This document shows, piece by piece, positions 47,578-56,908 of a stretch of DNA of 64,000 bases. A program made the translations under genes and the position numbers. The stretch's first letter is position 1, and each line of letters opens with the position of its first letter. The notes beneath the pieces were generated by a model. It worked only from the letters and a program-made list of their open reading frames with translations. It ran no database searches and had not been told where the DNA came from. Source of the DNA: Bdellovibrionales bacterium (GTDB taxonomy: Bacteria > Bdellovibrionota > Bdellovibrionia > Bdellovibrionales > JAGQZY01). The stretch lies in contig JANPLN010000025.1 of the NCBI GenBank assembly GCA_031426555.1, positions 74,199 through 138,198 on the forward strand, read 5' to 3'.

Positions 47578-48927
47578 ATGGTGAAATTTTTCACTTTATT
47601 GGCAATAATGTTCTCGAGCATTGAAAGCGCGAGCGCTGAGGGCTCGATGATTCGCTTGCAAACGGGTCAATCTCAGCAGAGTTACGAAAGCGAGCACCAC
47701 GTAAAACTTAAAATGGTCTCTCAATATCTTCGACTTTACGAAGTTCTTAACGACACAGTTTTTTTCAACATCGACACGCCACCCTTTCGGCGTCAGTCCA
47801 TCAAGCCGACACGCTTAGCGAATGTCATTCCGAACCACCCTGTTCAGATGCGTTCCAACGCTGCCATCGACGTGTTATCAATTACTCCGTTATCTACAGA
47901 TCCGCTTCTCCCCCAACAGTGGAATTGGACCCTCGATAAAGACTCTGTCGGAATCAACATTGCCAAAAGCTGGCAACAGTTTGGTACCGGTGGAAAAAAC
48001 GCACTCAAACAAGATATCGTGGTTGCCATCGTGGATGGGGGCTTTGACTTCCGTCACCCCGATTTGTCATTCAATCGCTGGCGAAACTGGAGCGAAGTTG
48101 CCGGCAACGGCATCGACGACGACGGTAACGAGATCGAAAGCGCTGATCACGGCACTCACGTTGCGGGCCTCATCGGTGCCCGCGGCAATAACAATCGCGG
48201 CATCGCAGGTGTGAACTGGCGCGTGAAAATTATGTATGTGTCCATGGGCCAGGCTCTGGCCGACACCGCGTCCACCATGCGCGCGTACTCGTATATTTTA
48301 AAACAAAAGGAGCTGTGGCTGGCCACAAACGGTAAAAAAGGCGCCAACGTGGTCGCCATCAATTCGAGCTTCGGCATTGATGCCGAAAAATGCTCAAACA
48401 GCGATTTTGTAATTTGGAACGAAATGTTTAACAGCCTGGGGGAAAAAGGAATTCTTTCGGTGGCTGCCACGTCCAATTGGAACATCGATGTGGACACCTT
48501 TGGCGATATTCCAACAAGCTGTGAGAGCCCGTTTTTGATTTCCGTTACAAATAGCACCCGCAGCGGCCTAAAAAGCGATGCAGGCTTTGGCACCACCGCC
48601 ATCGATCTTGCCGCTCCCGGCGAAGAAATCCTCTCCACTGGCGAGCGACAATTTAGCGGTGATCCCTCACCCTACTCCGCGCAAACAGGAACTTCGTTTT
48701 CGACTCCGCAAGTTGCAGGCGCTGTGAGCTATCTTCACAGCGTGATGGCAGTCGAGCGTTTGTCGCAAAAGCCCTCCGACTTGGCTCTTGAGATTAAAGA
48801 CGCTTTGCTGCGCACAGTAACGCCCACTATGGATCTTAAAAACTTCACGCAATCTGGTGGAGTCTTAAATGTTCACGCAGCAAGCCTTGTTTTTAAGCAA
48901 TCAAACGAGGTTTTAGCGTCTCGTTAG
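47578..48927 (+). CDS. Exported subtilisin-like S8 serine protease
   Basis: VAIVDGG (Asp), HGTHVAG (His), GTSFSTP (Ser); signal peptide. Confidence 0.92.
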   Translation: MVKFFTLLAIMFSSIESASAEGSMIRLQTGQSQQSYESEHHVKLKMVSQYLRLYEVLNDTVFFNIDTPPFRRQSIKPTRLANVIPNHPVQMRSNAAIDVLSITPLSTDPLLPQQWNWTLDKDSVGINIAKSWQQFGTGGKNALKQDIVVAIVDGGFDFRHPDLSFNRWRNWSEVAGNGIDDDGNEIESADHGTHVAGLIGARGNNNRGIAGVNWRVKIMYVSMGQALADTASTMRAYSYILKQKELWLATNGKKGANVVAINSSFGIDAEKCSNSDFVIWNEMFNSLGEKGILSVAATSNWNIDVDTFGDIPTSCESPFLISVTNSTRSGLKSDAGFGTTAIDLAAPGEEILSTGERQFSGDPSPYSAQTGTSFSTPQVAGAVSYLHSVMAVERLSQKPSDLALEIKDALLRTVTPTMDLKNFTQSGGVLNVHAASLVFKQSNEVLASR

Positions 48928-49006
48928 AAGCAGCGCATCCCCCCTAGGTACTTAGTACCTTTTATGGTTATCATCGTCGCTCCCATAGTTTATCAAAGGA
49001 GTGACG

Positions 49007-51019
49007 ATGAAGTTTTTAGTTTTTACGATGCTGCTATTTTCGCAGTGGGTATTTGCAAATGTTGAGACGCCAGAGAAATCTACAGTAACCCGTGACACCC
49101 TGATGAAGGGTTTAAAAATTCCCGAAAAAAGAGATTATACTCTGAGTAAGAAGATCACTCCTTGCGAAGATTTCCACAAATACGTGTGTTCTGAAGTGGA
49201 AGGCAAGTTTAAACTTCCTGCCGATCGTGAACGCTGGACTTTTTCGTTCACGGATATCGCAGAAAAACTTTTGCACAGTAAAAAACAATTTTTTAAATCC
49301 ATCCAAAACTACACACCGCAAACTGAGCGCGGCCAGCAGTTCAAAGATGTTTACCTTGCGTGCATGAATCAAAAATCTTCGACCAGCGAAGAAAAACAAA
49401 AAATCATCGACGAAAAAAATCTCATCAGCAAAGTGGCTTCTTGGGATGAACTCTCGAATCTCGCCCAATCTCGCATCGATCAAGGGTTGCCAAGCTTTGT
49501 CGACTTTTTTGCCGAAGCGAACAAAGAAAACCCATTAAAAAACGATGCGTTTTTGTCGGCAGACATGCGCACTCTCCCCGAGCGCAGCTACTACGAAAAC
49601 AAAGCGCTGATGAAAGACTTCGAAAAGCTTCTGGTTGATTTTTTTAAAACCGTAAAAGCCGACAAACCCGAGCAGCGGGCCAAATGGGTCATCGACTTCG
49701 AAACTCAATTGGCGATGAAGTACCCGCTTCCTAAAGAGATGCGCGAGCGCTTTACGCAAAAACGCGACATCGATAAAAAAGAATTCTTAAAAAAATATCC
49801 AAACCTCAAAATGGACCGCTTTATTGCGCGGTTACCTGCAAAAACAGTTCTGATTGATCTGGTGCCTGAGTCCAACGATTTTTTTAACACAGCTTTAGCA
49901 ACGATGCCGCTTGAGCAACTCAAAAGCACGTACATGTTCCACAGCATCTCGGGCTACCTGGACGACTCGAGCCCGACCTTTTTTAACAAGTACTTTAAAT
50001 TCCGCCACAAATACCTGGGTGGACCTGCTCAACGCTCGCCGCGCGACGAACGCTGTACAAAACTTGTCATGAGCAACTTTGGAATGGAATTGGATTACGA
50101 ATTAATTAATATTCTTTTTCCAAATTTTCCGCAGGAGCGTATGATCACCGTTGGCGAAAGTGTTCGCAAATCCATCATTGCCGGCCTCGAAAAAAACACC
50201 TGGCTTGAAAGATCCACTCGCAAAGAGGCGATCAAAAAAATTGAAAAAGCAAAACTCTATCTTGTTAAACCGCAAACCGACAAAGATTGGGATTTTGTCC
50301 CGATGCAAAAGTACGCGACCAACGCTCCTTATAGCAACATGGAGCTGTACCGCAAAACGCGTGTCGAGAAGCAACTTAAAGAGCTTTCTGAAGAACGCAA
50401 TCCAAGCCGCTGGGAGTACATGTCTCCCCTGGTTGTAAACGCTTACTACAATCCACCGGATAACAAGTTCGTGCTTCCGCAGGGAATTTTGCAATTTCCA
50501 TTTTTCGATCCCGGCGTGACTGATATCGAAAACATTGCCGCCATCGGTGCAGTTGTTGGCCACGAGTTAGGTCACGGTGTTGACGACCAAGGTTCGCAGT
50601 ACGATTACCAAGGCAAAGTGCGAAAGTGGTTTACTGATAAAGACCTCGAATCTTTCAAAGCCCGCGGCGCAAAATTTGTGGCACAGTTTGATAAAATCGG
50701 CCACGACGGAAAGCTCACCCTTGGCGAAAACATCGGCGACCACGTGGGCCTGACCTTTGCTTACAATGCGGCCTTCCCCGATGCTCCGAAAGCTACCGTC
50801 GACGACAAACAGAAGTTTTTTGTCGCCTACGCGCGCATGTGGTGCAACGTTGCTACGCCTTCGTATATCACTCGTCAGCTAAAAACCGATCCGCACTCTT
50901 TGGGCAAAGAGCGTATTAACCAGCAAGTGATCCATATCGATGGTTTTTACGAGGCTTATAATTGCAAAAAAGGCGACAAGATGTTTGTCGATTCCGGCGA
51001 TCGCATTCGTATTTGGTAA
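49007..51019 (+). CDS. Exported M13 (neprilysin/PepO-like) metallopeptidase
   Basis: PCEDFHKYVC, VNAYY, HELGH, GENIGD, DPHS; AAGGAG SD. Confidence 0.95.
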   Translation: MKFLVFTMLLFSQWVFANVETPEKSTVTRDTLMKGLKIPEKRDYTLSKKITPCEDFHKYVCSEVEGKFKLPADRERWTFSFTDIAEKLLHSKKQFFKSIQNYTPQTERGQQFKDVYLACMNQKSSTSEEKQKIIDEKNLISKVASWDELSNLAQSRIDQGLPSFVDFFAEANKENPLKNDAFLSADMRTLPERSYYENKALMKDFEKLLVDFFKTVKADKPEQRAKWVIDFETQLAMKYPLPKEMRERFTQKRDIDKKEFLKKYPNLKMDRFIARLPAKTVLIDLVPESNDFFNTALATMPLEQLKSTYMFHSISGYLDDSSPTFFNKYFKFRHKYLGGPAQRSPRDERCTKLVMSNFGMELDYELINILFPNFPQERMITVGESVRKSIIAGLEKNTWLERSTRKEAIKKIEKAKLYLVKPQTDKDWDFVPMQKYATNAPYSNMELYRKTRVEKQLKELSEERNPSRWEYMSPLVVNAYYNPPDNKFVLPQGILQFPFFDPGVTDIENIAAIGAVVGHELGHGVDDQGSQYDYQGKVRKWFTDKDLESFKARGAKFVAQFDKIGHDGKLTLGENIGDHVGLTFAYNAAFPDAPKATVDDKQKFFVAYARMWCNVATPSYITRQLKTDPHSLGKERINQQVIHIDGFYEAYNCKKGDKMFVDSGDRIRIW

Positions 51020-51036
51020 AAGTCTAATTCATCAGC

Positions 51037-51058
51037 AGGAGCTTCGATCGAAGCTCCT
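51037..51058. terminator. Perfect 22 bp palindrome after the M13 gene (possible terminator or stabilising hairpin)
   Basis: aggagcttcgatcgaagctcct; no U-tract. Confidence 0.45.
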
Positions 51059-51214
51059 CGTGATTGCAACGCAGGTCGCAATCTTCTCTGGCAACATTCT
51101 AACCTCAGCATATTTTACATTGTTACAAATGCGGTATTTACCTTTGAAAAGCGCAACCCCATATTGCCATTCTGCATTTCGGGGATTTGGAGAAACGCAA
51201 AACAAGGGGTTGCT

Positions 51215-53707
51215 ATGCGTGTGTTGGGGTTTTTGGGGATTTTACTTTCTTTTTCATTGGCGTCTGCAAACATCGAACTCGATCTTGGTTTAACTTACAA
51301 CCCCGACACGGGACGTGTGCTGGATGCTGAAAGTCGCCCTCTTGACCTTCTTCTCGATCGTGGACTGCGCGCTCAAGATATCAAAATTACAGAAATGGCT
51401 GTTCGCGAAGGAAAGAATCTTCTCCTCATCCACGCTAACTATTCCTTTTTTCTTTTTCAAAAAACAAATGCTGTGATTGGTTGGACGATAGTGGAAACTG
51501 CGAGCAATGAGTTCGCAAAAACGTATCGACAAAACGTTTTTAGCCTAAAAATTAACCACTCTGAAAAGTTCGGGATCTATGTACTGACAAGTCTATCGGG
51601 AGCACCAGGGCAAAGTTCTTCATATTATTTCAACGAAAACCCTTCCTTGAACCCCCAGGATACAGCTCGATTAGAGGACGCCGTTAAAAACTGGCTAGAT
51701 TTTCACTTTAACACCACTCCCCTTGATGCCTACTTAAACGACAAAGTAGGCGATCTGGGTTTGCGCACTATCGCTACAAAGATGGAAGACGTTCACAAAC
51801 CGATAGTCAACAACGGCAAACCCCAAATCCCAACAATCCCGGTTATAAACGAGCGCGGTGAGCGTACTGATGGCTGGACACTCGTGGAATCCTTTACGTC
51901 TGATTATTTAGAGGATGTGAAAAACGAAACCTACGAACAGATTGATGAATTGCGTGTCATCGAAGATCGAATTCTTAAAAACTTTTTAAAAGTCGAAGGT
52001 GGAAGCGTAAAACTTCTAGCCCCAGCTGGAGTTGGAAAATCCGTCCTTATGCGCAGAATTGCTTACCGCCTGCGCGTTGGCGATGTTCCAGAATCTCTTA
52101 AAAAATATAGAGTGCGTTTCTTTTCTGCTGCCTCCCTTGAGGCGGGCTCAAAGTTTGTCGGCACCATCGAAGCGCGAATGAATGCTATGATTGAAGTCTC
52201 AAAACAAGTGCCCTTACTTTGGTTTGTTGATGAGGCCCATAGTCTTGTGGGCGCAGGAATTTCGGAAGGTCGCCCCACAAATATTCTGCAATCGTTAAAG
52301 CCCTCGCTCGCCTCAGGCACCGTGAAGTGGCTAGCTGCTTCTACCCCCAGCGAGTGGGCGGCAGCCTTCGCAACGGATGATGCCATGGATCGACGTTTTG
52401 TTCGCGTGGATCTCACTATACCCGATAAAGAGTTGTTGCTAAAAATTCTCAACAAATGGCTGCTGAAGTACGACAAAGCTCCTCTCGCTGAAGCTCTTCT
52501 TGAGAAAGTTATTTTTTATTCCAACGAGTTTGGAGTTGAAGGAGCTCAACCCTCAAAAGCGACGTTGCTGTTAAATGAAGTTTACGCAAACGCCGATTTT
52601 AAAGATCAAAAATCGCCGATCACGGTGGAGAATATTCAAGAAGCCGCTCAAGAACTCTACAACGTGAATCCTTCGGAAATGGAAGTGGACAAAATCGCCG
52701 AACGCTTTTCCGTTCTACAAAATAAACTGCAAGAAATTATTGGGCAGGATCCTGCCAAAAGTGCGATCATGGCGCAAACCGTGCAAATCATGGCCGGAAT
52801 GCACGACCGCACAAAGCCGCGCTATCGTTTTATGTTGTCGGGAGACAAAGGCCTTGGAAAAACCGAAATCGTAAAGCTTTTTGCCCAGGCTATGAATCTT
52901 CCAGAGGGTCGCATTGTGATGAGCGAATTTGCATCGCCACACGAAATTGAATCTTTTAAAGCGCGTATCGCACAACTGGTGCGCATCCACCCAATGACCG
53001 TGCTGTCTTTTGATGAGTTCGAAAAAGCGCACCCCAAAGTTCAGCAAGCTCTTTTGGGAATTTTAGAGAGCGAATCCTTCACTTATACACTCCGCGAAGG
53101 CGGCGTGATTCGTTCTGCAACAGTGCAAATAAAAAATACCTCGGTATTTGTACTGACCAATGCCGGCGCCTCCTACCTCGCGTCCCGCCAGCTTGCAGAG
53201 CCAAAAGCGCCAAAGATTGGCTTTGCTCTCCCCGGCGTACAAGCCGAAAAAGCAGACACCCGACCTCCGTTTTATGAATGGGAATTCCGTCGGGCCATCG
53301 TCGCCGACGGAGTCGACTCCTACGTGCTGGATCGCATGGATTCAGTCATTCCATTTTGGTATTTTAGCCCAAAAGAATTTGCGCAGATTGTTTACATGCA
53401 CACACAAAAAATCATCGACGGGATCAACAAAAACTCCGCAACGCAATTTTCCTTCCACAACCTCAATCAGTTCGCCGCGGATTTTACAAGGCGCAATTTT
53501 TACCCCGAAGCTTCAGCCCGGGATGTTCTGCGCACACTCAATCAATACATTCGCCAAACCCTAGCCTCCATCGCCCTCAACAACCCCGGCGAAAAAGTAA
53601 AGCTCGGCTGGCACGAAGGAAACCTGTACCTGATGGACGAAGCTCAAGTCGCCGAAAACGAACCCACAGCACCACCGCAAACCTTGAGCTGCAAAGAACT
53701 GTTTTAA
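51215..53707 (+). CDS. ClpA/ClpB-like double AAA+ ATPase with N-terminal signal peptide
   Basis: MRVLGFLGILLSFSLASA|N; APAGVGKS and WFVDEAH, AGSKFVG, AMDRRF; GDKGLGKT and FDEFEKAHP. Confidence 0.85.
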   Translation: MRVLGFLGILLSFSLASANIELDLGLTYNPDTGRVLDAESRPLDLLLDRGLRAQDIKITEMAVREGKNLLLIHANYSFFLFQKTNAVIGWTIVETASNEFAKTYRQNVFSLKINHSEKFGIYVLTSLSGAPGQSSSYYFNENPSLNPQDTARLEDAVKNWLDFHFNTTPLDAYLNDKVGDLGLRTIATKMEDVHKPIVNNGKPQIPTIPVINERGERTDGWTLVESFTSDYLEDVKNETYEQIDELRVIEDRILKNFLKVEGGSVKLLAPAGVGKSVLMRRIAYRLRVGDVPESLKKYRVRFFSAASLEAGSKFVGTIEARMNAMIEVSKQVPLLWFVDEAHSLVGAGISEGRPTNILQSLKPSLASGTVKWLAASTPSEWAAAFATDDAMDRRFVRVDLTIPDKELLLKILNKWLLKYDKAPLAEALLEKVIFYSNEFGVEGAQPSKATLLLNEVYANADFKDQKSPITVENIQEAAQELYNVNPSEMEVDKIAERFSVLQNKLQEIIGQDPAKSAIMAQTVQIMAGMHDRTKPRYRFMLSGDKGLGKTEIVKLFAQAMNLPEGRIVMSEFASPHEIESFKARIAQLVRIHPMTVLSFDEFEKAHPKVQQALLGILESESFTYTLREGGVIRSATVQIKNTSVFVLTNAGASYLASRQLAEPKAPKIGFALPGVQAEKADTRPPFYEWEFRRAIVADGVDSYVLDRMDSVIPFWYFSPKEFAQIVYMHTQKIIDGINKNSATQFSFHNLNQFAADFTRRNFYPEASARDVLRTLNQYIRQTLASIALNNPGEKVKLGWHEGNLYLMDEAQVAENEPTAPPQTLSCKELF

Positions 53708-53710
53708 TGC

Positions 53711-53864
53711 GCTTTTAAGATTTTAAGAATGTTTGAATTTTTCGAAGGGTATTTTTTAAGACACGCCCATCCCTGGGCTCGCTCGCGAAATCAAACATCC
53801 TGTTTGCGAGAGGTCTTAAAAAGTACCCTTCGAAAAATTCAAACATTCTCAAAAACTTAAAAGC
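53711..53864. repeat. Long fold-back element C (52 bp arms plus branched core)
   Basis: 53711-53762 pairs with 53813-53864 (3 mismatches); core gacacgcccatccctgggctcgctcgcgaaatcaaacatcctgtttgcgagaggtc. Confidence 0.93.
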
Positions 53865-54063
53865 TCCCTCCGCCAAAAAACTTCACCTTCTGGCCGCAAG
53901 GACCTTCTACTAGGCATCAACGCATAAGAAAGTACGTGTGAAGTAGCACCGTATGCCTGAATTGCTGCTTAGAGATTTAGCGCGTTTGGAAAAGTTTGGA
54001 CACACTTTCGTATCGTAATAAGTTCGTGAGAATACGTTCAGCGTGGAAATAGTCTTACTTTCA

Positions 54064-54227
54064 GATTTTTGGGATTTAGAATTTAAATTCTTGGAAATTC
54101 AAAAAGGTTCTTTTTAAGACCTCTCGCAAACAGGATGTTTGATTTCGCGAGCGAGTCCATGGATGGACGTGTCTTTAAAAGAACCTTTTTGAATTTCCAA
54201 GAATTTAAGTTCTAAATCCCAAAAATC
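54064..54227. repeat. Long fold-back element D (57 bp arms), core inverted relative to C
   Basis: 54064-54120 pairs with 54171-54227 (2 mismatches); core is the reverse complement of the C core with 3 substitutions. Confidence 0.93.
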
Positions 54228-54236
54228 CGTCAGGGC

Positions 54237-55478
54237 TTATTTCGTGACTGGCAAATCGTAAAGGGAGTTGTAAAAGCGAAATGGCATTCGGGCGGTAAAG
54301 AGTCCGAAGGTGATGGCGCCTGCTGTGAGGGCCACGCGGTAGGCGATCACTCCCTGGGCTGGTGAACCTGCCGCGCTGTAAAAGGAAGAGAGCGCTAAGA
54401 GGCCGGGCACAAGTGACAGGATGCCCATGGTTGAAAATACTTGGCTTGGCCAATTGTAAATTCGCGCTAAAAATAAACTCACCAGGCCCACGGTGAGCGA
54501 GGCCGAGAATGAGGCCAGTACAAAGAGATCTGAGTTTTCAAAGCGTTCTAAAACAAAAACGCTCAGCAAACCGCAAATCAAAGCGCCAAAAAAAGCGCGC
54601 TTCGGAAGATGAAAAAATATGCAAAACGACAGAGTCATAATGGAGTGACAGAGCATGGTAAACCACAGCGTCTGCGTGTAATCCTGCACTGGCGCCACCA
54701 CTTTCGAAAGATCCTGTGCCATAAAACCCAAGCTGGTCATGCTGTTTTCGACGAGCAAATAGGAAACTCCCATCGCAACCAAAATAAGAATCGACTTCAT
54801 CATCTTTACTGTGCCCGAAACAAAGTTGTGTTCCGCAAGCTCACTGATCGCCGAGGTCAAAGTGAGTCCGGGGACAATCAAAATTAAACTTCCAATCACA
54901 AACACGGGAACCGCAAGTCCCATAAAGTGCGACGCCAGCACTGCCGCAATAAAAGCCACCAAACAGCCGATAAAATCGTTAAACACCCCGCTAAATTTTA
55001 ACTTCCGCGCCAGGGGTCTTTGCAAGATGTAAACGAACGCGGAAAGAAACCCGCTGAGAAGAGCTCCCACAAAGTTTCCGTAGCGCGGAAAGCTGGCCAC
55101 AAAGCCGATCAGAAAAGCGGCCAGTGTAACGAATAAAAACCGATATTTTTGTGTACGGAAAGAATTTAAATTCTCTGCCGCCGCAGCAATCGTCATCTCG
55201 CCCGTGCTGATTTTTTCGAGGATGGAATCATAAAACAACATGTCGGTAAAGTTAATGGTGCTTTCGGTGGCGCGCTCAAGGGTGGTTACCACCTCGCCAT
55301 CTTTTTTAGCGGTCACAAACACCGCCGTCGGGGTGGCGTACACGTCGCAGTGAAAACCATTCACTGGACCCGCTTGCATAATGCGCTCTTCTAAACGCGT
55401 GATGGGGCCGCCGGTCATCAAATATCCTCGCGCACACTCACCCGTCACTTTTAAAAAATCACTCATCGATGTTTTCAT
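54237..55478 (-). CDS. ThrE family threonine/serine exporter
   Basis: G.PITRLEE, TPTAVF, LIVPGLTLTSAISEL...NFVSG and LVPG motifs; about 10 TM. Confidence 0.88.
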   Translation of the reverse strand: MKTSMSDFLKVTGECARGYLMTGGPITRLEERIMQAGPVNGFHCDVYATPTAVFVTAKKDGEVVTTLERATESTINFTDMLFYDSILEKISTGEMTIAAAAENLNSFRTQKYRFLFVTLAAFLIGFVASFPRYGNFVGALLSGFLSAFVYILQRPLARKLKFSGVFNDFIGCLVAFIAAVLASHFMGLAVPVFVIGSLILIVPGLTLTSAISELAEHNFVSGTVKMMKSILILVAMGVSYLLVENSMTSLGFMAQDLSKVVAPVQDYTQTLWFTMLCHSIMTLSFCIFFHLPKRAFFGALICGLLSVFVLERFENSDLFVLASFSASLTVGLVSLFLARIYNWPSQVFSTMGILSLVPGLLALSSFYSAAGSPAQGVIAYRVALTAGAITFGLFTARMPFRFYNSLYDLPVTK

Positions 55479-55497
55479 GGAAACTCATTCTCATATT

Positions 55498-56904
55498 TTA
55501 GATTGGAAAATAACAGATAAATTCGGAACCTCGGCCAGAAAGACTTTCGATTTCAATTCGACCACCCATTTTGAGCATGGAATTTTTAGCAATGGACAAT
55601 CCAAGCCCCGTCCCGGCCACGCTGCCGCGAGCTTTGCCGTTTTGTACACGGTAAAATCTTTCAAACAATCGAGGCGCATGCTCTTCGCTCACACCCGGGC
55701 CATCATCAATCACTTTTAAAATCACAAACGCCGGAACTTTTTCCCACTGAACTTCTATTTTCGCGTTGTCTGGGCAATACTTAATGGCATTTTCCACCAG
55801 GTTTGTAAGCACCTGAAGCACCAAAAGTCGGTTTGCATGCACGGAGGGTGTTTTGTAGAGCACTTCGATAGAGTGGCCTTTGAGTTTTGCAGCGGCCGCC
55901 ACTGTTTGCAAAACGTCCTCGGTCAACTCAAGCGTGGCAAGTTCTTCTTTGGCCGTTTCGGCGCTGGCATCCAATCGCGACAACGTGAGTAAATCCACAA
56001 CGAGTTCATTGAGGCGGTTTACGTTTCGCTCGACCACGGCCAATTTGTCTTTGGCGGCCGAAAAGTTTTGCGTCTCGAAATCTGATTTCAACGAGTCCAC
56101 ATACCCTTTGATCGACGTCAATGGAGTTTTGAGCTCGTGGGAGGCGTTGGCCACAAAATCAATTCGCAACTCTTCCACTTTTTTTGCCTCGGTGATGTCG
56201 TGAAATACGGCGATCACGCCGTAAAACTTATTCTTTTTTTCGTTGATCACAGGATTCACGGTCACATCAAAAACGTGGCTATCTGGTGTTTTATGAGTGC
56301 GCATGGGAATTTGCAATCGACGCGATGTTCGCTCGGAAAGCACTTCATCCACTGCGAGAGTCAACTTTGGTGCACGGAACACTTCATCCAGATATGACGG
56401 TGGCGCCAAGGGATCAAAGTTTTTACCTAGGATCTGCGCCATGGCGGAATTGAAATATTGTACGCGCTTTAAACTATCAATGGCGATCACACCGTCCGAT
56501 ACGGCACCCGCCAAGGTTTCGATCTCGCGCTCACGGCGAGATTTGTCGTCTTTATGCTTTTTGATCTCGCGGTGGATTTTGTTTAAAGTCAGTTCGAGCT
56601 CGTACCACTCGCCAAAATCCTGGATCGGTTCGTATTCGTGGTCCCACTCTTTTTCGTAGGTACCGCGCTTAATATTTTTGGCTTTCGCAAGCAAGCGCCC
56701 CAGCGGAAATAGAAAGATGTAGGACACCGTCCCCGAGTGAATTAAAATAAAAGCACCAGACAACAAAAACAAATACCAGGGATTGGTGATCCACTGGGTC
56801 TGCCAGGCGGCAAACACAGCTATCGCCGCTAGCAACAGTAACACCACATGGGTGATAATGTGTCGCTGAACAACTTTAATCGGCGCGAGCTCAAAAGGTT
56901 GCAC
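55498..56904 (-). CDS. phoR: Phosphate regulon sensor histidine kinase
   Basis: PAS-like region; RIDFVANASHELKTPLTSIKGY; NLVENAIKY; RLFERFYRV; GTGLGLSI. Confidence 0.88.
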   Translation of the reverse strand: MQPFELAPIKVVQRHIITHVVLLLLAAIAVFAAWQTQWITNPWYLFLLSGAFILIHSGTVSYIFLFPLGRLLAKAKNIKRGTYEKEWDHEYEPIQDFGEWYELELTLNKIHREIKKHKDDKSRREREIETLAGAVSDGVIAIDSLKRVQYFNSAMAQILGKNFDPLAPPSYLDEVFRAPKLTLAVDEVLSERTSRRLQIPMRTHKTPDSHVFDVTVNPVINEKKNKFYGVIAVFHDITEAKKVEELRIDFVANASHELKTPLTSIKGYVDSLKSDFETQNFSAAKDKLAVVERNVNRLNELVVDLLTLSRLDASAETAKEELATLELTEDVLQTVAAAAKLKGHSIEVLYKTPSVHANRLLVLQVLTNLVENAIKYCPDNAKIEVQWEKVPAFVILKVIDDGPGVSEEHAPRLFERFYRVQNGKARGSVAGTGLGLSIAKNSMLKMGGRIEIESLSGRGSEFICYFPI

Positions 56905-56908
56905 TCGC

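Noticed and set aside
53711..54227. Hammerhead ribozyme interpretation of the three-way core
   Set aside because: The CUGANGA and GAAA core is not present in the required arrangement on either strand
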